Source: an uncultured Cardiobacterium sp. (GTDB taxonomy: Bacteria > Pseudomonadota > Gammaproteobacteria > Cardiobacteriales > Cardiobacteriaceae). From it: DNA of 24,000 nucleotides. The stretch spans positions 19,401 through 43,400 of the forward strand of contig CAUVOF010000007.1 in assembly GCA_963553325.1 (NCBI GenBank). Direction: 5' to 3'. Made by a program: the position numbers and the translations under genes. Each line of letters opens with the position of its first letter. The stretch's first letter is position 1. Shown here piece after piece: positions 8,260-16,518 of this stretch. The notes under the pieces were generated by a model, which made no database searches, had not been told where the DNA came from, and worked only from the letters and a program-made list of their open reading frames with translations.

Positions 8260-8273
8260 GCAGTCGCGGTTGC

Positions 8274-8305
8274 AAAAAAATCCCCGCTTTCGCGGGGATT
8301 TTTAT
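8274..8305. terminator. Bidirectional rho-independent terminator (aaaaaaatccccgc-tttc-gcggggattttt)
   Basis: 8-bp GC-rich stem at 8280-8287/8292-8299, flanked by an A-run and a T-run. It lies 15 nt after the dhaM stop and is the only U-tract hairpin downstream of convergent glpQ. Confidence 0.8.
8285..8302. repeat. Left copy of an exact 18-bp direct repeat, cgctttcgcggggatttt (the 3' half of the terminator)
   Basis: An identical 18-mer is read at 8285-8302 and 8436-8453. Confidence 0.9.
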
Positions 8306-8381
8306 AGCGGTTTAGGGACTCTTGCGTGTATCTCTAGAACAAGGTTAGCACCCTATGTGCGGTGGACAATTCGGCATTGGC

Positions 8382-8426
8382 GGTATGCAGACGAACCCCA
8401 CCCCCATCCCCTCCCCCACCGGGGGG
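8382..8426. repeat. Solo copy of the REP-like C/G-tract element (ggtatgcagacgaaccccacccccatcccctcccccaccgggggg)
   Basis: Nearly identical to 16925-16968, differing by two substitutions and one 1-nt indel by eye. Confidence 0.85.
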
Positions 8427-8435
8427 TGTACTTGT

Positions 8436-8453
8436 CGCTTTCGCGGGGATTTT
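8436..8453. repeat. Right copy of the exact 18-bp direct repeat, cgctttcgcggggatttt
   Basis: Identical to 8285-8302. It lacks the 5' stem arm of the terminator. Confidence 0.9.
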
Positions 8454-8466
8454 CGTAGGTAGGCGC

Positions 8467-9666
8467 TTACAGCCCTTTGCAGTTGGCGTAGTAGGTAACC
8501 GTTGCCGGCCAGTCGCTGAAGATGCCGCTGATGCCGACGTCTTTGGCAAGCACGTCCAGGTATTTATAGGTGTCGCCATCTTTTTTGCCGTGTGCTTCGA
8601 TGCCGGTGAAGTACCAGCCGCCGCCGCGCGCCAGCGGGCCGGAACGTTCCAGCGTCCAGGTAATCAGCTTGAAACCGTTGTCTTTTGCCGCTTTGGCGTA
8701 GTCAGACGGCACCAGCTTGCCACCCTCATCTTTCACCAACATCGGCATCGCTGGTGAGAGGTAGTTCAGCCCCGCTTTGCGCCATTCCGGCATTTCTTGG
8801 ATGCGCTGTGCGGTGTCGAGGGTTTCATCGAGGTAAACCGCCTGTTTGCCGAATTCGCCGCCTTTTTGCAGCCAGTAGCGGATGACTTCCGGCTGGAAGG
8901 ATTGCGGGTACACGTCGCTGGCAGGTACGCCGGCAGCGCTGTAGTCGTCGAGCATTTTTTGCGCGTAGTCTTCGAGGGTGAAGCCGTCAAACGGCATCGG
9001 CACGACCGGCTCTTTCAGTTCCGGTGTCATTTTTACGCCAAGCTGTTTGAACAGTTCGATGCTTTCTTTGTGCGTCATCAGCTCGCCGTTTTGTGCGTAG
9101 AGGTTGGTGCGCCAGTCGGGCGTGCCGTTCATGTATTCCTCCACCGTGCGCGCTTCTTTGTTGCCGCCGTCCATTTTGCCTTTCAGGCTTTTGAATTCGG
9201 CGAGGGTGATGTCGGTGGTGCGGCATTCGACTTCGGCTTCTTTTACCAGTTTGCCGTCGGCATCGAATTCTGCCGGTTTGAACGGCACGCTGCATTTGGC
9301 AGCAAGCGGCGTGGCGAGGATGTTGGTGGTGTTGTGCAGGTCGTTTTGCGCGTGGCGGCAGACGAGTTCTTTGTCTTTGGTGAAGGCAACGTCGCATTCA
9401 AGAATGCCCGCGCCTTCACGCGCGCCGGCGAGGTAAGAATCGCGGGTGTGTTCCGGGAACATCAGCGCCGCGCCCCGGTGGGCAATGCTGAATTCGCTCT
9501 TTTTCGGGGTTTGTTGCGCGCAGGCAAGCAGTTCACTTTTCAGCGCGCCCTCTTCGAGGTTGTCGATGAGGAAAAAGGGACGCACGCCGTAGGTCAGCGG
9601 CTGTTGCTCGGCGTGCGCGCTGGCGGCAAGGGCGGCAAGGATGGTGAGGGTCAGGGTGCGTTTCAT
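8467..9666 (-). CDS. glpQ: Periplasmic glycerophosphodiester phosphodiesterase (GDPD family)
   Basis: Signal peptide MKRTLTLTILAALAASAHA|EQQ. GDPD catalytic motif FSIAHRGAALMFPEHT and ECDV. SD GGGAGA upstream of the ATG at 9664-9666. Adjacent to glpT, as in the E. coli glpTQ arrangement. Confidence 0.88.
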   Translation of the reverse strand: MKRTLTLTILAALAASAHAEQQPLTYGVRPFFLIDNLEEGALKSELLACAQQTPKKSEFSIAHRGAALMFPEHTRDSYLAGAREGAGILECDVAFTKDKELVCRHAQNDLHNTTNILATPLAAKCSVPFKPAEFDADGKLVKEAEVECRTTDITLAEFKSLKGKMDGGNKEARTVEEYMNGTPDWRTNLYAQNGELMTHKESIELFKQLGVKMTPELKEPVVPMPFDGFTLEDYAQKMLDDYSAAGVPASDVYPQSFQPEVIRYWLQKGGEFGKQAVYLDETLDTAQRIQEMPEWRKAGLNYLSPAMPMLVKDEGGKLVPSDYAKAAKDNGFKLITWTLERSGPLARGGGWYFTGIEAHGKKDGDTYKYLDVLAKDVGISGIFSDWPATVTYYANCKGL

Positions 9667-9686
9667 GGGTTCTCCCGTGTGTGAAT

Positions 9687-9758
9687 TTCACGGGTATTTT
9701 ACGGGAATTTTTACGGTTCATGCGGTGAAAAATGTGTTTTATTCACCGTTTTTCACCG
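9687..9758 (-). promoter_or_regulatory. Cluster of TTCAC(C/G)G / TTTACGG repeats upstream of glpQ; candidate operator array
   Basis: Three direct repeats sit at 11-12 bp spacing: ttcacggg 9687-9694, tttacggg 9698-9705, tttacggt 9710-9717. There is also a perfect 10-bp inverted repeat, cggtgaaaaa 9723-9732 / tttttcaccg 9749-9758, and an extra ttcaccg at 9742-9748. Confidence 0.35.
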
Positions 9759-9800
9759 TGATTGCCGATTTACATACACGGTAGCGACTAATGTGTATGT

Positions 9801-9832
9801 AAAAAGGGGAAACCTCACGGTTTCCCCTTTGC
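9801..9832 (-). terminator. Rho-independent terminator after glpT
   Basis: aaaggggaaacc-tcac-ggtttccccttt hairpin at 9803-9830. On the minus strand it is followed by a T-run (complement of aaaaa at 9801-9805). It lies 18 nt downstream of the glpT stop at 9850. Confidence 0.75.
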
Positions 9833-9849
9833 TTTGGCGCATGAAGCGC

Positions 9850-11313
9850 TTATTTCACCAGCCGTTCTTTTTCGGGAATTTTGGCTTTGTGTTTGCCTTC
9901 TTCGATGGTGGTGATCAGCAGCAGGACGATGGAAATAACACCGCTTGCAATGATGATATAGAAGCCGTAATCCCAGCCATAGTATTTGACTGTGCGACCA
10001 ATGATATAGGCTGCAGCGACCGAACCGCCGAGGTAGCCGAACAGTCCGGTAAAGCCTGCAGCAGTTCCGGCGGCTTTTTTCGGTGCGAGTTCGAGCGCGT
10101 GCAGGCCGATGAGCATCACTGGACCGTAGATGAGGAAGCCGACGGTGGTCATCAGGATGAAGTCGGTCAGTTGGTAGGGGTTTTTGTACCAAACGACGTC
10201 AGCGTACTCGGCGATGACGTTGCCTTGCGCATCAACCGGGGTGGCCGGGTTCATCCACAGTGCGACAACAGCAAGTGTGGTCAGAATCATAAAAACGACG
10301 CCGGTGATACCGCGTTTCCCCTTGAACACTTTGTCCGATACCCAACCGCACAGCAGCGTACCCGGAATGGCGGCGAGTTCGTAAATAGTGTAGGCAATAG
10401 CAGTACCTTTGAAGTCAAAATGTTTGACTTTACCGAGGTAAACCGGCGACCAGTTCAGTACGCCGTAGCGGATGAGATAGACGAAGACGTTGGCGAGCGC
10501 GATGTACCACAGCAAACGGTTTTTCAGGACGTAGGTAACGAAGATTTCCTTGGTGCTGAGATTTTTCTCGGCGGTTTTTTCATCGTAGTCGTCAGGGTAG
10601 TCGTTTTTCCACTGTTCAATCGGCGGCAGACCGCAGGATTGCGGGGTGTCCTTCAACGCAAAAACAATCAGCACGGCAGCGATCATTGCAGCAATACCCG
10701 GGTAATAGAGGGCTTGACGCCAAATATCCTCACTGGTTGCCTTGGTGCCATGTGTACGCATCCAAATATAGCCCGCAAGTAACACCAACAACCCGGGGGC
10801 CATACCACCAACGTTGTGCGCGCAATTCCAAATGGAAACGATAGAACCGCGTTCACTTTTCGACCACCAGTGCACCATCGTCTTGCCACAGGGCGGCCAG
10901 CCCATGCCCTGAAACCAGCCATTGAGGAAAATCATGATGAAAGCAATGGTTACACCGGAGGTCGCCCATTGTGTCAATCCCATCAATGTCATACACAAAC
11001 CAGAAAGAAACAGTCCACAGGGCAGGAAGTATTTGGGATTGGAACGGTCAGAGATGGATGCCATCAGGAATTTGGAAATGCCGTAGGCAAGGCCGGCGGC
11101 AGCACCAACCTTACCTAGTTGTTCTGTATCGAAAATTTGCGCATCCAGCAGCCCCTTTTGTGCAAGGTTGAAGTTGCCACGGGTGAAATAGTAGGCGGCA
11201 TAGCCGAGGAAGATGCCGATGAATACCTGCCAGCGCAGGCGGCGATAGGTTGGGTCTATTTTTTCGGCAGGCAAGCGGGGAATTTCCGCTGCCGGTTTGA
11301 ATATGCCAATCAT
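9850..11313 (-). CDS. glpT: Glycerol-3-phosphate transporter (MFS organophosphate:Pi antiporter)
   Basis: [45 protein letters not shown] is collinear with E. coli GlpT ([42 protein letters not shown]). SD GGAG precedes the ATG at 11311-11313. Confidence 0.95.
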   Translation of the reverse strand: MIGIFKPAAEIPRLPAEKIDPTYRRLRWQVFIGIFLGYAAYYFTRGNFNLAQKGLLDAQIFDTEQLGKVGAAAGLAYGISKFLMASISDRSNPKYFLPCGLFLSGLCMTLMGLTQWATSGVTIAFIMIFLNGWFQGMGWPPCGKTMVHWWSKSERGSIVSIWNCAHNVGGMAPGLLVLLAGYIWMRTHGTKATSEDIWRQALYYPGIAAMIAAVLIVFALKDTPQSCGLPPIEQWKNDYPDDYDEKTAEKNLSTKEIFVTYVLKNRLLWYIALANVFVYLIRYGVLNWSPVYLGKVKHFDFKGTAIAYTIYELAAIPGTLLCGWVSDKVFKGKRGITGVVFMILTTLAVVALWMNPATPVDAQGNVIAEYADVVWYKNPYQLTDFILMTTVGFLIYGPVMLIGLHALELAPKKAAGTAAGFTGLFGYLGGSVAAAYIIGRTVKYYGWDYGFYIIIASGVISIVLLLITTIEEGKHKAKIPEKERLVK

Positions 11314-11587
11314 GGGTTCTCCAATTTTTCAGTAAAATAACGGTTGTTGCAGAATGTTCACCTTCGGGGCGAACGGCGCGCGGATTTTAGCCGATTCTTG
11401 CTAAAGGCGCGCGCTTTTTTGCGATAGTCATGTGAAATTTATGTGGATATTTGAGTATTCCACGGAGCAATAACGGCAAAAAGCGGTTATTTTTCACTTT
11501 CACCATGAGCGGCGGGGGCGCGAATGTTAAAATGCGCGTAACCCGGTGCATTTCTGGGGAATTAACTGTTAAACGGAGACTGAATGT
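11314..11587. promoter_or_regulatory. Divergent glpT / glpD control region
   Basis: A 274-bp intergenic region between divergent starts. It contains aatgttcacc (11353-11362), which resembles the E. coli GlpR half-site AATGTTCGAT. It also contains tandem tttcac/tttcacc (11492-11504) and a TAAAAT hexamer (11528-11533) upstream of glpD. No promoter was mapped. Confidence 0.45.
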
Positions 11588-13144
11588 ATGAAAAGACAAG
11601 AGAATCTTGAGCGCGCCAAAAACGCGCCGGAATGGGACGTGGTCGTTATCGGTGGCGGGGCGACTGGCCTCGGCATTGCCGTTGATGCCGCCACGCGCGG
11701 ATTCTCAACCCTGCTCTTGGAGCGGCGCGACTTTGCCAAAGGCACGTCCAGCCGCAGTACCAAGCTGGTGCATGGCGGCGTGCGTTACCTCGCACAGGGC
11801 TATGTGGATTTGGTGCGCGAAGCGCTGCGTGAACGTGGGCGGCTCGCGAAAAACGCGCCGCACCTTTTCAAAAGCGAGGCATTCATCATCCCCGGCGAAA
11901 AATGGTGGACGGCGCCCTACTACACCTTCGGCCTTTGGCTCTACGACCGCCTCTCCGGCAAACTCGGCATCGGCCACACCCGCTACCTCAACAAAGCCAA
12001 AGCCAATGAACTGCTTGAAGGCGTCAAGCCGGAAAAGCTGCGCAACGGCGTCTGCTACTACGACGGTCAGTTTGACGATGCCCGCCTTGCGGTAAACCTC
12101 GCGCAAACCGCTATCGAGCACGGCGCGGCAGCGGTGAACTACTGCGAAGTCATCGGCCTCGATAAAGACGGCAACGGCAAAATCTGCGGCGTCCGCGTGC
12201 GCGACAACTTCACGGGCGACGAATTTGCGGTGAAAGCGCGCTGCGTCATCAACGCCACCGGGGTGTTCGCCAACGAAATCAACCGCATGGACGACCCGAA
12301 CGCGCTGGACGGCATCGTTCCCAGTCAGGGCGTGCATATCGTCATCGACCGCGAATTCCTGCCGGGCGATTCCGCGCTGATGGTGCCGAAAACTTCCGAC
12401 GGCCGCGTCCTTTTCGCCGTGCCGTGGCATGGCAAGCTCGTTGTCGGCACCACCGACACCCTCGTGAAAGAAGCCGAATACGAACCGCGCCCGCTGGAGC
12501 AGGAAATCGAGTTCATCTTAAATACTGCCAAGGATTACCTCGTCAAAGCGCCGACCCGCGCCGATGTGCGCAGCGTTTTCGTTGGCCTGCGCCCGCTGGC
12601 CGCGCCGAAAGACAGCGGCAAAAGCACCAAAGAAGTCTCGCGCAGCCACAAAGTGCACGTTACCCCGTCCGGCATGGTCGATATCATCGGCGGCAAATGG
12701 ACGACCTACCGGCAAATGGCAGAAGACGCCGTCGATGCCGCCATCAAGGAAAACATCCTGCCGGAAAAAGCCTGCCAGACCACCGAGCTGAAAATCCACG
12801 GCCACGCGCCTGCGGACATGGGCAACCACCTTGGCTACTACGGCAGCGACCGCGCGGCGATTGAAGCGCTGGCGCAAAGTGATGCGAAAGCGGGCAGCAA
12901 AATCCACCCCGACCATCCCTTCCTCTACGCCGAAGCCTTGTGGGCGGTGCGCGAAGAAATGGCGCAAACGCTGGAAGACGTGCTGGCGCGCCGCATCCGC
13001 CTGCTCTTCCTTGACGCGCGCGCTGCGAGTGAGGCCGCCGAAGAGGTCGCGCGCTACATCGCTGCCGAACTGGGCAAGGATGAAAGCTGGGCGCGCGAAC
13101 AGGCGGAAGATTTCCGCAAACTGTGCGCGCAGTATCATTTCTGA
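11588..13144 (+). CDS. glpD: FAD-dependent glycerol-3-phosphate dehydrogenase
   Basis: Dinucleotide-binding motif DVVVIGGGATGLGIAVDAATRG, then KGTSSRSTKLVHGGVRYL as in E. coli GlpD (ATSSASSKLIHGGLRYL). GGAG lies 10 nt upstream of the ATG. Length 518 aa. Confidence 0.93.
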   Translation: MKRQENLERAKNAPEWDVVVIGGGATGLGIAVDAATRGFSTLLLERRDFAKGTSSRSTKLVHGGVRYLAQGYVDLVREALRERGRLAKNAPHLFKSEAFIIPGEKWWTAPYYTFGLWLYDRLSGKLGIGHTRYLNKAKANELLEGVKPEKLRNGVCYYDGQFDDARLAVNLAQTAIEHGAAAVNYCEVIGLDKDGNGKICGVRVRDNFTGDEFAVKARCVINATGVFANEINRMDDPNALDGIVPSQGVHIVIDREFLPGDSALMVPKTSDGRVLFAVPWHGKLVVGTTDTLVKEAEYEPRPLEQEIEFILNTAKDYLVKAPTRADVRSVFVGLRPLAAPKDSGKSTKEVSRSHKVHVTPSGMVDIIGGKWTTYRQMAEDAVDAAIKENILPEKACQTTELKIHGHAPADMGNHLGYYGSDRAAIEALAQSDAKAGSKIHPDHPFLYAEALWAVREEMAQTLEDVLARRIRLLFLDARAASEAAEEVARYIAAELGKDESWAREQAEDFRKLCAQYHF

Positions 13145-13146
13145 CT

Positions 13147-13180
13147 GAAAAAAATCCCCGCTTGATGCGGGGATTTTTAT
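13147..13180. terminator. Bidirectional rho-independent terminator (aaaaaaatccccgc-ttgat-gcggggattttt)
   Basis: The stem arms and A/T flanks match the terminator at 8274-8305; only the loop differs. It lies between convergent glpD and the small ORF and overlaps that ORF's stop. Confidence 0.8.
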
Positions 13181-13416
13181 TTATACAAAACTGCGTCGGC
13201 ATCCCAATCTATTTCCCATCCCTGGGCGGCAACATATTGCTTTAACTCGCGCGCGTCGCTGACCCAATAGTCGTAGCTGTCGGCGGGATTAAAGGGTGAA
13301 AGCAGCAACAGCAAAAAGCCGCCGGTGTAGTCGCGGTCATTCAGGATTCGGACGTGCCAACCGAAGTAGTTGCCTTTGACAATTTTGCCGGTTTTGTTGA
13401 TTTCAATGGTCGTCAT
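13177..13416 (-). CDS. Hypothetical small protein (79 aa)
   Basis: ATG-initiated ORF with balanced, non-repetitive composition (MTTIEINKTGKIVKGNYFGWHVRILNDRDYTGG...WEIDWDADAVLYK). It is bracketed by two terminators. No SD is visible and no family was recognised. Confidence 0.55.
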   Translation of the reverse strand: MTTIEINKTGKIVKGNYFGWHVRILNDRDYTGGFLLLLLSPFNPADSYDYWVSDARELKQYVAAQGWEIDWDADAVLYK

Positions 13417-13513
13417 ATATGAGGAAAGGCTATTTTGGTGGGTAACTGGATTTGCCGCTTAATGACGCGCGATTTTACCGTTGTCGCACGCGCGTCGTCA
13501 GGCTTTTATGGCA

Positions 13514-13544
13514 GAAAAAAACCGCCCCGGAGGGCGGTTTTTTC
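13514..13544. terminator. Bidirectional rho-independent terminator after citT (aaaaaaaccgccc-cgga-gggcggtttttt)
   Basis: 7-bp stem at 13521-13527/13532-13538 with flanking A- and T-runs, about 20 nt downstream of the citT stop at 13562. Confidence 0.8.
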
Positions 13545-13561
13545 GTGGGCAGGCGCGAGGC

Positions 13562-15052
13562 TTACAGCACGCCCATGCCAACCAGCGCTTTCCACCAGGC
13601 AAAGCCGATGGTTACGTGTATCAGCAGGTTGCCGAAGGCAAAGACCGCGCCGACAATCCACCACGATTTGATGTCGTTGTAGCCTGCGCCGTAGATGACG
13701 GGCGCCGGACCGGAGCCGTAGTGGGTGAGCGCGCCGCCGTAGCAGTTGGAGAAGAGCAGGCCGAGCGCGAGCAGGGTCGGGTCGGCACCGGCGGCAAGGC
13801 CGACGGCGGCAAACACCGGCACCATCGCCGCGATGTAGGCACCGCCGGAGGCGAAGAGGTAGCGCACTGCGACGCTCATGAAGAGGATGATGACGGTGGC
13901 GATGGTGCTGCTGATGCCACCAAAGTTGAGGTTCGCCTGCATGGTGGCGGAGAGCCAGTCAAAGAAGTGGGCTTTTTCCAGCACGCCGGAGAGACCGAGC
14001 AGGCCACCGTACCAAACGAGGGTGTTCCAGGCGCCCTTGTTTTTCAGCATATCGTCCCAGACAAGCACACCGCAGATAACGAGCAGGGTCATGATGCTGA
14101 TGGCGGTGGTGGAGGCTTCCTTGATGCCGATTTTTTCACCGAGCGCCCAGGAGAGGACGGCGAGGATAAAGAGGCCGAGCAGGGTTTTTTCGCGCACGGT
14201 CATCGGGCCGAGTTCTTCCAGGCCTTTTTTCGCAATCGCCTTGTTGTCCAGCTTCTTCAGCTCCGGCGGGCAGATGAAATAAACCACCAGCGGAGTGAGG
14301 AAGAGGCAGATGAGACCGGGGACGGAGGCGGCGTAGAACCATTGCGGCCAGCTCAGCAGGAAGGGATGGCTTGAGCCATAAACCTTGCCGATGAGTTCCA
14401 TCGCCAGCATATTCGGCGCCATCGCGGTGATGAAGAAATAGCCGGTGGTTTTGACAACCATGTAGGTGTTGAGCAGCAGGTAGCGTCCGGCCTTGCGCGG
14501 GCTGGTGTCCGGTTCCGAGCCGAGCGAGACGGCGACCGAGTTCATGATGGGGAAGATGATGCCGCCCGCGCGTGCGGTAACAGAGGGCATTGCCGGCGAG
14601 ATGAGCAGGTCAAGGCAGGCATTGACGTAACCGAGGCGCAGGGTGGTGCTGCCGAGCCCGCCGATGAGCAGGTAGGCGATGCGCTTGCCGAGACCTGTCG
14701 CAACGAAGGCGGTACTCATCGCAAAGGCGGCGAAGACCAGCCAGGTGGTGCTGGATTTGTAGCCGTTGAGGACGTCTTTTTCTTCCAGCGCGATTTCCAG
14801 CATTTTGTTGTTCTTCGCGTCAAACCATTGTTCGCCCGGTGTGATGCCAATGATGATGGACGAGATGGCAACACCTGCAAGCAGGATGACCGGCAAGGCG
14901 AAGGGTTTGAGGATGATGGCGACGATGGTGGCGACGTACACACCAAAGAGGTGCCAGCCGACAACGGAGAGTCCTTCCGGCGTCGGGATGATGTAGGTGG
15001 ACGCGATAATCGCGATTAGGATGAGGTAGTGGATGGCTTTTTTGGTACTCAT
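13562..15052 (-). CDS. citT: DASS-family anion transporter, CitT-like citrate:dicarboxylate antiporter
   Basis: The true start is the ATG at 15050-15052 (MSTKKAIHYLILIAIIASTYIIPTPEGLSVVGWHLFGVYVATIV...). It is collinear with E. coli CitT (..LIPVPDGMPPQAWHYFAVFVAMIV..). It overlaps the citXG stop as ATGA. The 61-aa Arg/Pro-rich upstream extension is rejected. Confidence 0.85.
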   Translation of the reverse strand: MSTKKAIHYLILIAIIASTYIIPTPEGLSVVGWHLFGVYVATIVAIILKPFALPVILLAGVAISSIIIGITPGEQWFDAKNNKMLEIALEEKDVLNGYKSSTTWLVFAAFAMSTAFVATGLGKRIAYLLIGGLGSTTLRLGYVNACLDLLISPAMPSVTARAGGIIFPIMNSVAVSLGSEPDTSPRKAGRYLLLNTYMVVKTTGYFFITAMAPNMLAMELIGKVYGSSHPFLLSWPQWFYAASVPGLICLFLTPLVVYFICPPELKKLDNKAIAKKGLEELGPMTVREKTLLGLFILAVLSWALGEKIGIKEASTTAISIMTLLVICGVLVWDDMLKNKGAWNTLVWYGGLLGLSGVLEKAHFFDWLSATMQANLNFGGISSTIATVIILFMSVAVRYLFASGGAYIAAMVPVFAAVGLAAGADPTLLALGLLFSNCYGGALTHYGSGPAPVIYGAGYNDIKSWWIVGAVFAFGNLLIHVTIGFAWWKALVGMGVL

Positions 15053-16455
15053 AGGGCAGTTCCAGGGTTGGGGGTGAAGTGTTGGCCGCACCAGGCGGTG
15101 AGGGCGAGCAGGTCGGCGCTGCCGCCCGCGCTCAGGCGACGGCTGGCGCAGTCGCGGGCATAGGCGGCGATGGCATCGCTTAAGCGGGCTTCGTCCGCGC
15201 AGGTGGCATGGTCGGCGAGCAGTTGTCGCGCCCAATGCTGGTGCGCACGCAAGCCGTCAAGGCCGACGCGGGCAAGGGTGTTACTGTCGTCATTGACCGC
15301 ATAGAGGGTAACGAGCGCCAGCAACAAGGCGCGGCGGCTGTTGCCGTCTGCTGCCAGCGCTTGCCGGTAAGCGGGCAAGGTATGGCTGCTGACGGTGGCA
15401 TAGCCGCTTGCCGCTTCGCCGCGTGCGCCGCTGATGCCGTGCCGCGCGTAGCCGCGTTTGCCGGCGCTGTCGTCGCCTGACTGGTGCAGTTCGGCAAGCA
15501 GCCCGGCGCAGATGGCACGCACGTCGGCTTGCACATCGGCGAGCGTTGTCCTGCCCGCTTCGGCAAGGCGTTTGCCCAGCGCAGCCGCGACCACGCCAAA
15601 GGCAAAGATGGCGCCTTTGTGGGTATTGACGCCGCTGGTTGCCGCGCGCATCGCCGCTTCTGCCGCAATGCCGATGGGGCGGATGGCAGCGAGCATGGCG
15701 GGGCTGGCAGGGTGTCCGGCGAAGGTCATGCCGCAGGCGGCGCAGTCGCTGAAGAAGGGCGCGATGGCGTCGGCGCTTTGCAGGAACAGGGCAAGGTTCA
15801 TGTCGCCGTGGCCGCCGTTGTGCGCGGCATCGACCAGCCCGGCTTTCGGCGTCAGCGTCGCTTCCGTTATCAGCGCCTGGCGCATCGTCGCCGCTATCGC
15901 TTGCGCTTGTTGCTGTAGGCGGTAGCGGTGGGCGATGTCTGCTTGCAGCTCACCAATGCTGTGGCGACGGGCGCGGGCGCAGTTTTTCGCGTCGTCGTCG
16001 CAGATGAGGCAGCGACGCGGTGGCAAGCCGAGGTCGCGGCGCGAGACAGGAACGCCGTTGCGGTCGATGATGTCGATGTCCCATAGGCGCGAGAGCGGCG
16101 AGCGATTTTCCAAGGCGATGACCTGTGTTTTCCAATCGCGTGCGTCGCCGTCAAGCAGATAAAGTGCGTGATGCCCGCCGTCGTCCACCGCTTCCAGCCG
16201 CGCGCGCGCTTCGCTGATGTGTGGGCGTAGCGCATTGAGCGCGGCGGTGAAAATGGCGTCCAAAAGCGGGCTGCGTTTGACCGCACCGGGCGCGACCAGG
16301 GTAAGCGAGAGCAGCACACCGCCTTGTTGCAACATCGCCTGTTGCCGCGCCACGCGGGCATCGCGCGCCGCGAGGACGGCATCCAGCGCGACTGCCTTGC
16401 CTTCAACGGAAGGCAGGACGGTGGTAATAGGGCGGTAGTGCAGGGTGTGGGGCAT
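15049..16455 (-). CDS. citXG: Bifunctional CitX-CitG fusion (holo-citrate-lyase synthase + triphosphoribosyl-dephospho-CoA synthase)
   Basis: The N-terminal half matches CitX (SPLSRLWDIDIID...LGLPPRRCLICDDDAKNCARARRH versus E. coli HPLGRLWDIDVL...[23 protein letters not shown]). The C-terminal half matches CitG (TPKAGLVDAAHNGGHGDM, GVNTHKGAIFAFG, GARGEAASGY, LSAGGSADLLALTW). Confidence 0.9.
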   Translation of the reverse strand: MPHTLHYRPITTVLPSVEGKAVALDAVLAARDARVARQQAMLQQGGVLLSLTLVAPGAVKRSPLLDAIFTAALNALRPHISEARARLEAVDDGGHHALYLLDGDARDWKTQVIALENRSPLSRLWDIDIIDRNGVPVSRRDLGLPPRRCLICDDDAKNCARARRHSIGELQADIAHRYRLQQQAQAIAATMRQALITEATLTPKAGLVDAAHNGGHGDMNLALFLQSADAIAPFFSDCAACGMTFAGHPASPAMLAAIRPIGIAAEAAMRAATSGVNTHKGAIFAFGVVAAALGKRLAEAGRTTLADVQADVRAICAGLLAELHQSGDDSAGKRGYARHGISGARGEAASGYATVSSHTLPAYRQALAADGNSRRALLLALVTLYAVNDDSNTLARVGLDGLRAHQHWARQLLADHATCADEARLSDAIAAYARDCASRRLSAGGSADLLALTAWCGQHFTPNPGTAL

Positions 16456-16518
16456 GGGGGTGGGCTTATGTGCTGGTTGAATGGCTATTTAAGCGCGAGA
16501 GATGTGGCTAAACCGGTG

